Below are positions 39,774 through 50,417 of a stretch of DNA of 64,000 bases, one piece after another. The stretch is from an uncultured Actinomycetota bacterium. GTDB taxonomy: Bacteria > Actinomycetota > Actinomycetes > Actinomycetales > Dermatophilaceae. A model generated the notes under the pieces. That model was not told the origin of the DNA. It searched no databases and saw nothing but the letters and a program-made list of their open reading frames with translations. The position numbers and the translations under genes were made by a program. Each line of letters starts with the position of its first letter. Positions within the stretch are counted from its first letter, which is position 1. The stretch covers positions 174,180 to 238,179 of the forward strand of contig CAVOOZ010000004.1 in assembly GCA_963697735.1 (NCBI GenBank), given 5' to 3'.

Positions 39774-40835
39774 TCAAGCAGCTGCGGCCCCACTTTCCAG
39801 GAGTCGGTAGATGTCGCGGGCGACGTAGCGGGCCAGGCAGCGTTTGATCTCTCGGCTGGTCTTTCCCTCAGCGGTTCGACGAGCGACGTAGTCGCGGGTG
39901 GCCGGTTGATACTGGATCCGGCTCCGGACCACGGTGTGCAGTGCCGTGTTGAGGTGCCGGTCTCCGTAACGGTTGAGCCGATACCGCGTGGTGACCTGGC
40001 CGCTGTTGGCGGGGATCGGTGCCACCCCGGCGAGCATCGCGAACGCCGCCTCGGAGTGGACGCGGCCGGGGTGGGACCACGCGCACAACACCGTCGCAGC
40101 CACGATCGGGCCGACGCCGAACTCCTCGAGCAGGTCAGGACGCCAGCTGCGGATGATGGCCACGATCGCCTTCTGCAGCTCCCGCGCCTCTTTCAGCATC
40201 GCGTGCGCGCGACGAGCCAAGGTCCGCAGCGCCACCACGGTGCTGGTCGTCTCGATGTCCCAGGAAGCGTGCACGCGCAGGCTCGCCGCGGTGTTGAGCA
40301 TCATGGCAAGCTTCTGGCCGCGGAACCGGACGCGGATCGGTTCGGGTGCCGCGATGACCAGACTGAAGACCTGCAGCTGCGCCTCGGTGGAGGCATTGAT
40401 CGCGGAGCGGCGAGCAGCCAACAGCACTGACAGTGCTTGGCGTTCACCCCCAGTGCGCGGTGTCCCCAACCGCGGTCGAGCCATCGCCTCACGCGCGGCG
40501 CGGATCGCGTCGAGCGGATCCGACTTCGCGCCGTTGCGACGCGCGGCTCGTTTCGGACGGTCCAGCTCGATGACGAGCTCCGATGACTGCAGCAGGTGGC
40601 GACTCAGACCGGCGCCGTGGCCGCCGGTGCCCTCGATCGCCCAGGCCCGCAACGTCGCGTGGTTGTTGGCGAACTCCACCAGCTCGGCATAGCCCTCCGC
40701 TGTCGCCTCGACGGTGATCTCGTCGAGGACACCACCGGTCGCAGCATCGACCGCGGCCGCGGAGTGGGTGTGGACGTGGGTGTCGACGCCGATCACGACA
40801 TCGACCACCTCGCGCAGATCGGTCAGACTGGTCAT
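39774..40835 (-). CDS. IS110 DEDD recombinase (transposase), intact
   Basis: IGVDTH, AIEGTG, AKSDPLDA (D-E-D-D), GVAPIPANSG, RLNRYGDRHLN, RCLARY; AAGGAG RBS. Confidence 0.96.
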   Translation of the reverse strand: MTSLTDLREVVDVVIGVDTHVHTHSAAAVDAATGGVLDEITVEATAEGYAELVEFANNHATLRAWAIEGTGGHGAGLSRHLLQSSELVIELDRPKRAARRNGAKSDPLDAIRAAREAMARPRLGTPRTGGERQALSVLLAARRSAINASTEAQLQVFSLVIAAPEPIRVRFRGQKLAMMLNTAASLRVHASWDIETTSTVVALRTLARRAHAMLKEARELQKAIVAIIRSWRPDLLEEFGVGPIVAATVLCAWSHPGRVHSEAAFAMLAGVAPIPANSGQVTTRYRLNRYGDRHLNTALHTVVRSRIQYQPATRDYVARRTAEGKTSREIKRCLARYVARDIYRLLESGAAAA

Positions 40836-40864
40836 GCGTTCTCTCCTTCGCCGGATGGGACGTG

Positions 40865-41078
40865 GGTTCCGGTCCGGGACGGAGGCTCGGCAGGACTGTG
40901 ATGAGACACGCCAGGCGCCGCTAACGCCAGGTGGTCAAGCTCCTGATCAGGCCAGCTCCTCCAACCGGGCCGGGGCCGGCGACCGCGAGCGGACAAGTCG
41001 CAGCAAGGCACGAGGCCAGTCCTTCCGGGGGTCACACTCGCGGTCACCAACCACAGCCCAGCACCTTCAGGCTGCAAA
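40865..41078 (-). ncRNA. Predicted IS110 bridge RNA
   Basis: 5' hairpin (41053-41075); stem 41035-41045/40981-40991 and stem 40958-40971/40871-40885 each enclose segments matching the element junctions; RNA ends approximate. Confidence 0.75.
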
Positions 41079-41137
41079 GGCGATCCTCACAGTCCTTCCG
41101 CCGCGAGCGGGGCGCGTCCTTCGGTCCTCGGGCGGGC

Positions 41138-44100
41138 TCAAGCCGGGCAGGCAGGGTCGAAGGGGAGTTCGCCGACGAGGCGGTCCCATTCGGCATGCGT
41201 GAGTGTGCCGCTCACGACGGTGCAGACGTGTGTCGTCCAGGCCGCGGCGTTGAGGTCCCAGCGCGCCAGCGTGCCGAACTGGTCCCAGACATACACGCGG
41301 TTGCCGGCCGGGTCGACTGCGATCCAGGAGGCCGAGGCGCCGTACAGCTTCGCGGGCAGTGCCTCGGGGTGGAGCGGGTCGGCGACGAGGGCCCCGACGC
41401 CACCTCCGATGACAACCCGTCCACCCGGGGCGGCTACGACCTGCGTGATCATGCTGGCCCGCTGCACGGGATTCGACGTCCCGATCTGCTTTGCGGAGAT
41501 TGGGTCCCAGCGCTGAAGTGTTCCGTCTCGTGCGCCGAGGACCAAGGTCCCGTCGGGCAGAAAGGTCTCAGCGGCGAAGTACTGCTCGGAGCCCGGGACG
41601 TGAATGACTCGCCGGGTGGCGCCCGTCGAGTCGTCGACGACGGCGACCTGCCCGTTCATCATCGACACGGCGAGCAGATCGCCGTTCCAGGCGACCTGGA
41701 ACGGTTGCTCGGGCATCGACGCGGTCCACGAGCGCTCCAGGCCCGTCAGGGGATGCACGCTGACGCGTTTCGCGGCTGGTTCTATGACCGCGAGCCGTTT
41801 CGCGTCCGGGCCCCAGGCGATGTAGGGCGCTCCGTTGAAGCCGGCGAACTCGCGGATCGTCGCCCAGGTGGCCACGTCCACGATGGATACAGTCCCGTTC
41901 ACTCGTGCGACGGCAAGCCGCGAACCGTCGGAAGAGATGGCGAGGGCGTTGGGCGTCGGCCCGGCCAGTATTCGCCGGCGCAGGCCAAGTGTGTCAGGAT
42001 CCAGCACCTCCACGGCGTCGCCTGCGACCGCGACGAGCGCGCCGTCGTGAGGGGCCACGGCGATCATGGGCCCGACGAGCCGGGTCAGGTCCCATCCTCG
42101 GTAGGCCGCGGGGAGCTCACGCGTCGATGAAGAACCGAAGCCGGCCCGACCGGAGGTGTCCCAGCGGGCGATGGTTCCATCCATCGCGACCGTCGTGAGT
42201 GAGCGATCACCCCGATCGAACGCGAGGTCAACCACCTCCTCGCCCGCGGCGAAGCTCTGCAGCTTGACTCGCTCGTGCACGTCCCAGAGCAACACCGTGC
42301 CGGCGTCGCCACCCGAGGCCAGCAGTCGACCGTCCTGCGAGAAGGCGAGGTCCTCGGAGAAGCCGGGGGTGCCGGCGAGCTCTCCCGCACCTGGCCGGTG
42401 CGGGTGTCGATGAGGTGGATCGTCCCGTTGTCGTCGTCTGCTGCGGCGAGCAGCGTTCCGTCCGGGGACAGCTCGGTGGAGACCCCTCCGGGCACGTTGC
42501 TGAACCGGGCCACGGTCCGGTGGGTGTGGCCGTCGAGGACGCTCAGCGTGTGTGCCGTCGTGTCGAGCACGGCCACGCGCCGGCCGTCTGCCGAGTAGTT
42601 GGTCGGGTTCGCGCCGGCCGGAAGGGGAGCCAGGGCGAAGGTGCCGTCGGCTCGCCGGTGCAGAAAGCCGTTCTCGAGGGCGGCCGTCGCGCTGATGTGC
42701 TGCCCGTCCGGACTGAGGGAGGTTCGCCAGATGTCCTTGAGCCTCGCCAGCACGTGCACCTCCCCGTCGTCGAGGTCGCGCATCACCACGGCGGAGCCCG
42801 TGGCGTCGTTCATGCCGACCAGCAGCGCCCGTCCGTCCGGGGTGAAGCCGAGCACGGACATGGCACCGCCGGCTCCTGTCACCAGCTGCCTCTTGACGTC
42901 AAGGCTCTCGGCGTCGAGGAGCCAGAGGCTGCCGAGATTGCTGCTCACGGCGAGGGTCGCTCCGTCGGGCGAGGGTTGCATCGAGACGGTGCGGGCGCCG
43001 ATGTTGTGCAGGGACAACACGCGAGGCACCCGCTGCAGGGTCGCGAGCAGGTCGAGCTCGGTCGCAGGACCGGGGGCCAGGTGAACTGCTTGAGCTGCGA
43101 GGAGGAGCGCCAGGTCAGGGCGCCTCTCGGCAAGTGCTTGGGCCCCCAACCGGGCACCCACGGCCTGGAGCGCAGCCTCGCGCGCACCTTCGCTCGACCG
43201 CACCGCGAGTCCGCCCGCGATCACGGCACAGACGAGCAGGGCCACCGAGGCCATGAGTAACACTCGCAGGCGCCGGCTGCGGCCGCGTTCCCGCGCTGCC
43301 TGGGCACGCAACATGGTGCGTTCACGCTCGAGCGCATCTCGTCCGGCCTCGAGGAACGCCTGTTCGCCTTGGCTGAGGAGCTCAGGTGTCTCGAGCAGGC
43401 GCACGCCTTCTACGAGCCGAGGACCTCGGAGGAGGTCGGTGTCGAGGCGACCGCCGCTGACCCACTCGTCGGCGGCTCTGGCCACGGCGGCGCGGACGCG
43501 CCGGGCGGCAGTGTCGTCGGCGAGCCAGCCGGCAAGTCGCGGCCACCCTGCGAAGAGCGACTCGTGGGCCACCTCGACGCCCTCGTCGCCTGACACGAGC
43601 AACCGCCCCTTGATCATGACGTCGAGGGCACGTTGCGCGATGGGGTCGTCGGCGACGAGCTCAGCGCGGCTGATGCGGCGGCGCCGGATCCGGCCCTGGG
43701 TGTCTGCGCTCGTGAGGCGGAGCAGCATCGCCCGTGCCGCCCCTCGCGATTCGTCGTCGAGTTCCGCCCAGACGGACTCGGCACCGTGGGCGAGAGCGCC
43801 GAGCAGTCCGCCGGCCGAGTCGTAGCCAGCGCGGCGCAACCGCTGCCCGTCACGGTTTATCCAGGTCTGGGTGAGGGCGGTGGACAGGTGCGGAAGGATG
43901 CCCACCTCCTGGCCGGCGTCGGTCACGATCGCCTCGACAAGGTCGTCGTCCGCCTCTAGTCCTCCGCGTCGGGCGCCCTCCCGCACCACGAGCCGAACGT
44001 CGTCCTCACGCAACGGTCCAAGCAGCACCGAGGTGGCAACGACCCGCTCGGCGAGCTCTGGGTGGAACGCGAGGTCTGCCCAGTAGTCCGACCGAATCCC

Positions 44101-45357
44101 CAACGCGAGGTGCGTACCTGACCGCGCGTGAGCCAGTAGTGCGTCGGCGAAACGGTGGCGCTGCTCGTGGTCGGTGCACATGGTGACGAGCTCCTCAAGC
44201 TGATCGACCACGAGCAGCCGGGCTTGCGGTGAGTCTCGGAGCGCCGCCTCGAGCCGCTGCAGCGGGTGCGCCGAGGGTCGGATCACGGCCACCGGCCATC
44301 GGTCGCTGCCCTGCACCGCACCCGCGCGGAGGGCCGGCACGACACCGGCACGGAGCAACGAACTCTTGCCGCTGCCGGACGGGCCGGTCAGACAGACCAT
44401 CCCCTCGGCGGCCACGACCCGCAAGGCCCGTGCCAGAGTCCGGTCACGGCCCATCAACGTTCCGGCGTCGGCTTCGGTGTAGGGCGCCAAACCCTTGAAG
44501 GGACACTCCGACGTCGGCGCATGCAGTGGCACTAGGTGTGTCGGAGAGGCCAGGGTCGCGGCTTGGTCCAGAACGTCACGATGGATGGCCCGCAGGTGCG
44601 GGCTGGGCTCGACCCCCATCTGGTCGAGGAGCAGCCGCCGAGCACGGCGGTAGTCGTCAAGGGCCGCGGACTGGTTGCCTGCGCGGTAGTGCGCGACCAT
44701 GAGCTGCCCCCACCGGCGCTCCCGGAGAGCGTCACGCGACAGGGCCTGCTCGATCAGGGGCACGAGCTCGCGACCCTCGCCCAGGCCCATCCGCGCGGCA
44801 ACGAGGTCATCGGTGACGTCTTCCCGCAACGTCTCCAAGCGCCTGGCCTCCGAGTCACACCGTTGCAGATCGGTGTGGCCCTGGTATGCGCGACCCGACC
44901 ACTCTGCCAGCGCGCTCTCGGCGTGGCGTTGCGCCTCGAGGTAGTGCCCGAGGCGCAGCGCGGCAGCCGCGCTACCGGCACGCCGCTCGAACCGCTCGGC
45001 ATCGACCGTCCCGGGCGGGACGTCCAGCCGCCATGCGCTCCCGACGGATCTGAGCAGCGCCCGGCCGCGCCCCGCTTCGGACGCCTCGAGCACACCTCGC
45101 AGCCGCGACACGTGGGATGCCAGCGTGCGCCGTGCGCTGGAGGGCGGCGATCCCGCCCACAGCTGCTCCACGATCTCGTCGCTAGTCACGGCCGCGCCGG
45201 GAGATGCCAGCAGAAGCGCGAGCAACTGGCGCTCACGTCGGCCGGGCACCCGCACCGGCTGCCACATCGAGACGTCAGGCGGCATCCCGTCGAGGCCCTG
45301 CCCAGCCGGGCGGACCTCGCATTCCAATGCCAAGGGACCGAGCACGCGATAGCGCAC
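41138..45357 (-). CDS. SARP/AfsR-type regulator: wHTH-BTAD-nSTAND NTPase-TM-WD40 repeats, frameshift near 42383
   Basis: YRVLGPL, LRERRWGQLM, GVEPSPHL, CPFKGLAPY, GPSGSGKSS, VVDQLEE, VAHESL; WD repeats continue in ORF 41138-42295. Confidence 0.92.
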
Positions 45358-45400
45358 GCAACGAATGCTAATCCGACCCTCGGCAGCGGCCGATCGCTTC

Positions 45401-45428
45401 GCAACAAACTGGCAACACGTCTGCCCAC
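45401..45428 (+). promoter_or_regulatory. 11-bp-phased direct repeat GCAACA-N5-GCAACA, candidate SARP site
   Basis: GCAACA at 45401 and 45412 in the 123-bp divergent gap. Confidence 0.55.
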
Positions 45429-45480
45429 TATGGGATTCCCAGCGGCGCGAGTTGACGCCGCGATGTTCCAAGGAGCACTG

Positions 45481-46416
45481 ATGACCAGTCGGACAACACG
45501 CTGCCGAGCACTCCTCGTCGCAGCGACGCTGGCTCCCGTCCTCGCCATCGTCGTGGACTCCGCCGCGGTAGCGGCCGATGCCGACACAGCGCGTAGCGCG
45601 CGTCTCGGGCAGAACACGGTCGTCTTCCAGTCCGTGCGTGACGGCAATGAGGACATCTACGCCGTCGAACCGAGTGGGAGCGGGCTACGCCGCCTGACGG
45701 ATCACCCTGAACCAGACACCGCCCCCGGCGTGTCACCAGACCGTTCGGTGTTGGTGATGGCCAGCGAGCGCGACGGCAACAGCGAGATCTACCTTCTGCG
45801 CGTCGGCGACGGGTCGACAACGCGGCTGACCTTCGACGACCGGTTCGACTTCCACCCGGTATTCTCCCACGATGGCGAGAGGATTCTCTTCCAACGGATG
45901 ACGGACGGGTTCTTCGACCTGTGGGTCATGGGTGCCGATGGCGACGGAGCCCGGAAGCTGACGACACTGCCGCTGAACGAAGTCGGAGGCGTCTACTCGC
46001 CTGACGACTCACTCATCGCGTTCATGGGCAACAACGGCGGCAACCGCGACATCCGCGTCATGCAAGCTGACGGAACAGGCGTCGTCAACGTCACCGGTGG
46101 TTGGTGCGTCGACGGGAGCACCGGTGCCGGTTGCATCCTGTCGCAGGAGATCATGCCGGCGTGGACACCGGACGGCCGGATCGTCTTCGTCAGTGACCGC
46201 TCCGGTTCACCACAGTTGTGGATCATGGACGCCAACGGGTCCGACGCCAGCCAGGTGACCCACCTGGCCGGGGTCAACGGCCACCCCAGCGTGTCGGCGA
46301 ACGGCAAGACCATTGCGTTCAACCTCGATGGATCCCTCGCCACTGTGCAGCTCGACGGCACAAGGGTGCATCGCCTCACCGCCACCGAAGACTATGGCAC
46401 GGCCTATCCCTACTGA
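45481..46416 (+). CDS. Secreted TolB-like (PD40) beta-propeller protein
   Basis: Signal peptide; repeats SVRDGNEDIY, SERDGNSEIY, SDRSGSPQLW; AAGGAG RBS. Confidence 0.9.
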   Translation: MTSRTTRCRALLVAATLAPVLAIVVDSAAVAADADTARSARLGQNTVVFQSVRDGNEDIYAVEPSGSGLRRLTDHPEPDTAPGVSPDRSVLVMASERDGNSEIYLLRVGDGSTTRLTFDDRFDFHPVFSHDGERILFQRMTDGFFDLWVMGADGDGARKLTTLPLNEVGGVYSPDDSLIAFMGNNGGNRDIRVMQADGTGVVNVTGGWCVDGSTGAGCILSQEIMPAWTPDGRIVFVSDRSGSPQLWIMDANGSDASQVTHLAGVNGHPSVSANGKTIAFNLDGSLATVQLDGTRVHRLTATEDYGTAYPY

Positions 46417-46978
46417 AGGCACGGATGGCGCGCCCGCAGCCTGTGCCCTGCACTTCGGGGGTTGCCTGACCGGTCGGACGTCGGGGGCGAGGCCCCTGCA
46501 AGAGCCTGACGATGCTGCGTCTACGGCCCCCGCCCGCCTCTTCCTCGGCCGGGCGTCATGGTGCCACGACGCTGGGCACGACCCAGTCGGCCTGGGTGTT
46601 GTGCACTCAGTTCAGGCAGCCGAACACCGTGGCTTCCGGTCTTTGCCACGATTCCGCACGTGCGAATCAAGCGAGTCCTCAGACGACCCAGACGGTTCTC
46701 AGATCGGCCGTCACTCGCCTGAAGCCTGAAGTACGGAGCGAGGTCCTGATGGAACAACGGGCTCTCAGGTCGAACCTTACGAAATCACCACTGGGGGCGA
46801 AATGAAGGAGATGAACTGGAGCTATGCACGGGCCGGCGGCACGCCGGGCAGGGATGTCGAACCGCCACCGCGGCTGCGCCCTGATCAGCTGCCTAGCACA
46901 ACCGTCTTTTGTTCGACCCCGACTGCCAGGGAACACGCCACAACGAGAAAGTGTCATCGCCGAGAGTGGAGTAATGCC

Positions 46979-48109
46979 ATGAAACCACCGTCGCCTGATC
47001 GCCGCCGCCCCTCGCACCACCGCCTGCGCGGGTCTGCGTTCCGCGTCACTCGTCGTCGCGGACTGGACACGAGCGCCCCGTATCCGACCGGACACACTGC
47101 GGCGCGGCGAACCGGCCACCGGGTGCTGCTGACCATCGCCGTGCTCTTGGCCGCGCTCTGCGGGATCACGGCGCCCGCCGCGTCGGCACACACGGCCACC
47201 ATCGCGACCCAGCACTCGCTGAACCTGGCAACCGGCGTCATCTCGGGCCAGCTCAGCGCGGCAGTCCCAGAGTGCGTCAGCGCACGACAGATCACGCTCT
47301 ACCGCGCGGGCGGCACCAGTGCCGCCGCGGTCGCGAGCACCACCACCGGCAGCACCGGCGCCTGGACGCGGACCACGACCGGGCTGCAGGACGGCAGCTA
47401 CTACGCGGTCGCCGCATCCACGGTCGTCACCAGCAAGGGCCACAAGCACACCTGCGCCGCAGCCACGTCGAACACCGTGACTCTCGCTGTCGACGCCGAC
47501 GCCGACGGCTACACCACCGCGGGTGGCGACTGCAACGACACCAACCCGGCAATCCACCCCGGCGCCACCGAGGTCCGCAACGGCGTCGACGATGACTGCG
47601 ACGGGCTGGTGGACGAGGGGCTCCCCGTCGACGGTGACGGCGACGGCTACACCACCGCGGGCGGTGACTGCAACGACACCAACCCGGCGATCCACCCCGG
47701 CGCCACCGAGGTCCGCAACGGCATCGACGACGACTGCGACGGGCTGGTGGACGAGGGCACCGGAACGGGCCTTGCGTGCACGGGACCTGTGGTCATCGAC
47801 AGCGTCACCTACTGCACTGCCACGGAGGCGGACATCATCTACGGGCGCTATGCGGACGGTACCCCGCTCTTCCTCAGCACCGGCGTCGTCGAGATGTGGG
47901 ACCGGAACGTCTGGCTATTCGCCGTGCCGGAGTGCCCCGTCGGCATGTTCTGCGGCGCGCAGGTGGACACGGGCTACGTCCACTTCCCCGACGACCCCAT
48001 GCCCGCCTGGTTCGACTACGTCGACGTCTGGGGGCTTGCCGAATCGAGCGGCGCCACCGGCACAGGTGGAGGTGGCCTGCGGGCCGTCGGCTGGACCAAG
48101 ACCGGATAA
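46979..48109 (+). CDS. Secreted protein with two Asp/Cys-rich putative metal-binding (MopE-like) repeats
   Basis: Signal LLTIAVLLAALCGITAPAASA; DxDxDGY...DCND...IHPGATE..NG.DDDCDGLVDE twice; start uncertain. Confidence 0.85.
   Translation: MKPPSPDRRRPSHHRLRGSAFRVTRRRGLDTSAPYPTGHTAARRTGHRVLLTIAVLLAALCGITAPAASAHTATIATQHSLNLATGVISGQLSAAVPECVSARQITLYRAGGTSAAAVASTTTGSTGAWTRTTTGLQDGSYYAVAASTVVTSKGHKHTCAAATSNTVTLAVDADADGYTTAGGDCNDTNPAIHPGATEVRNGVDDDCDGLVDEGLPVDGDGDGYTTAGGDCNDTNPAIHPGATEVRNGIDDDCDGLVDEGTGTGLACTGPVVIDSVTYCTATEADIIYGRYADGTPLFLSTGVVEMWDRNVWLFAVPECPVGMFCGAQVDTGYVHFPDDPMPAWFDYVDVWGLAESSGATGTGGGGLRAVGWTKTG
47489..47757 (+). repeat. Intragenic tandem duplication, 138-bp period
   Basis: Near-identical units starting at 47489 and 47627. 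Confidence 0.92.
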
Positions 48110-48695
48110 GCGCCCGCGTCAGGCGGAGTCGACGGGCACCTCAGACCCGTGTCCGAGCAGGCAACTCGAAGGGACCCATGATCATCAGCCGCGCACGGGC
48201 GCCGCCTTCTCGGTGGCAAGCGCCCGTCGTCGTCCTGCCCACCGCAGCCTGCACTGCGAGTTCGGCACCGCAGCACGTGCACGGCGCGACTCTCGTCGTC
48301 GACGACGACTTCGCCCAGCGCGCGAGCGTCAACCATCTCCTCGATCTCCGACCCGGTGACAGCGGCCCACCAACCCTCTGCTCAAGGTAGCCGCCGTTCA
48401 CAACCAGTTGAACGGCGTCGAGTTCGATTCGCACAGCCGACTTCACGTGTTGCGTGGGCCTTTCTGTCATCGCTCGTGAAGCCATGAACCTCTCCTACTG
48501 GTTTTGCAAAGCGACACGTGTGGCGCCGTCGGGAGGTGGTGAGACTGCTGTCACACGGCGAATGAGCGCCCTCCGCCACGTCAGGCAGGTCCCCAATCCA
48601 GGCAATTGCTCCAAGGAGCCTTCTCATGAAACTCAGCCGTCCCCGGTTCGTCTCAACCCTCCTCGCATCCGTCCTGATCCTCGCCGGCGCCCGCG

Positions 48696-48854
48696 CACGA
48701 GGAGCTCGACGCCATGGAGGAGCTCGACGAGGGTGATCTCGATCTGTTGACCAGCTCATTCGAGCGGCTGCGGTCCCAGCTGCCCAACCTCGCGACCGTT
48801 GGCGGCTGTTGCGGGACCGACGCCCGGCACGTCGCTTCGCTCTGGGGACAGTGA
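48696..48854 (+). pseudogene. Homocysteine S-methyltransferase C-terminal remnant
   Basis: HEELDAMEELDEGD...LPNLATVGGCCGTDARHV; absent from the ORF track. Confidence 0.8.
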
Positions 48855-49157
48855 CCTCGGGCGCCCATAGCGTCCAGGTCGGCGGCTGCCTCGTCAGCAG
48901 ACAGATCCGGTGCGCCAGCAGGATCAACTGCCCATACCCAAGGGCGCGACGAGCCGCCCCCGTCGAGGCTCGGATCGACAGAAGTCTCGGCATTGGCTGC
49001 CATCGGTAGGTGGCGTGTCCCGCCTGGTTGGCCCGAGGAGTCGGCCTGGTGCAGGGCGTGGTGTGCCCCGGGCGCGGTTCGTGGTGAGCCGTGTGGGGCT
49101 CCATCCGTCGTACGCCTTTCGTTGTCGCGGTTGCGCTCGACGGTTAGGTTCACTCGC

Positions 49158-50417
49158 ATGGCGACCAGTTCCTCCATCGGATTCGCGGCCTCGGTCGGCG
49201 GCCTCGCCGGGGCGTCTTTGGCGGCGCACCGCGGTATGCGAGCGGCAGCCGGTGCCGCGCTGGCGGGGGCCGTTGCGCTGGGCATGTCGGAGGCGGTCGC
49301 CAGGGCTCGCCAGAGGGAGGGGGAGATCCCGGCGTTGTGGCAGCGCATCGCGGTGAGTAGTGCGTTGGCGGCGCCCCTGGGATGGGTTGCCGGGAGACTG
49401 ACCACCGCGGGTCCACGCACCGTCGGCGCGGCCACCGGCAGCGTGGTCGGCGCGCTGGGCATCCGACCTCAGAAGGTGGCCATGGGCCCCGTCGTGGGAG
49501 CGGTCATCGGGCAGGCCCTCTCTCGCGGGCCGGCTCCGGCGGCCGTCGTCGCGAGCAGCACGGTCCTGGCCTACCGCACCCTGTCGGCGCTGCTCTTCCG
49601 TGACGAACAGATCAGCCTGCTGGCCGAGCGGGTCAGTGCCGCCGACCTGCCGTTCGTCGTGCCGCGGCCGGCGCGGTCAAAGTACGTCGGTTCCGGTTAC
49701 GTCCGGCAGTTGGCCGAAGAGCTGGGAGCCAGCTACACCGCTGACGCGGCGGACGCCGGGATCGTGGACTCCCTGGACGCGCTGGCTGGACCGCAGTTCG
49801 ACCCCGGGCAGGTCGACCCGCTCGTCCGGGAGTTCTACGAGCGCACCACGCGGTTCGCCCTGGACATCGTCCCGGAGTGGCGGCTGTGGGTCAGGCCCGG
49901 TTACCTGCTGTACCGAACCGCCGTCGCGCGCCCCTTGGGCCAGGCCAGTATCCCGATGAACCAACGCGAGGCTCAGCGCGGGATTCACAGCCGCATCGAC
50001 ACGGTCAGCGGCGTCGACGGCGCGGTATCTGTGCGCGGCTGGATCAGGTCGTTCGCCGACGACGACGAGCCAATCATGGTCGGCATCTACACCACCTACA
50101 CGCACGGCGAGACTGGCTACGTCAGCGTCGGATTCCCAGTACCGGGGGGCAGCTTCACCGCCACGCTGCTCCCGCGATCACGCCCTGATCGTGGCCTGAC
50201 ACTGACCAGCCGCGCCAACGACGGGCAGACGGGGCACTACCTGACCTACGTCGACACGACCGCGGACGAGCTCACCGCCCTGGCCGTGCACGGCTTCGAG
50301 GAACAACTCGACGTTTTCGTGCAAGACGGCGCACTACTCGCAGTACACGAGTTTTGGATCTTTCGGTTTCCGGTCCTCACCCTGCGCTACCGCATTACAC
50401 GAAAACCCGCTCCCTGA
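49158..50417 (+). CDS. Conserved-looking hypothetical protein, hydrophobic N-terminus plus soluble domain
   Basis: TAGGTT -10 lies 7 nt before ATG; [23 protein letters not shown]; strong codon bias. Confidence 0.8.
   Translation: MATSSSIGFAASVGGLAGASLAAHRGMRAAAGAALAGAVALGMSEAVARARQREGEIPALWQRIAVSSALAAPLGWVAGRLTTAGPRTVGAATGSVVGALGIRPQKVAMGPVVGAVIGQALSRGPAPAAVVASSTVLAYRTLSALLFRDEQISLLAERVSAADLPFVVPRPARSKYVGSGYVRQLAEELGASYTADAADAGIVDSLDALAGPQFDPGQVDPLVREFYERTTRFALDIVPEWRLWVRPGYLLYRTAVARPLGQASIPMNQREAQRGIHSRIDTVSGVDGAVSVRGWIRSFADDDEPIMVGIYTTYTHGETGYVSVGFPVPGGSFTATLLPRSRPDRGLTLTSRANDGQTGHYLTYVDTTADELTALAVHGFEEQLDVFVQDGALLAVHEFWIFRFPVLTLRYRITRKPAP

Larger units (their letters stand above)
39757..41093 (-). 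mobile_element. IS110-family insertion sequence (about 1.34 kb), no terminal inverted repeats or target duplication seen
   Basis: Recombinase gene, about 255-bp upstream non-coding end, short downstream end TTGACGAAGCATAGGAGCGTC; ends placed using guide matches. Confidence 0.88.

Noticed and set aside
44536-45480. N-terminal 315 codons of ORF 44536-46416
   Set aside because: Antisense to the SARP gene; the real start is ATG 45481 with RBS and signal peptide
48480-48612. Riboswitch-like leader before ATG 48626
   Set aside because: No recognisable c-di-GMP, c-di-AMP, SAM or cobalamin consensus by eye; would need an Rfam scan
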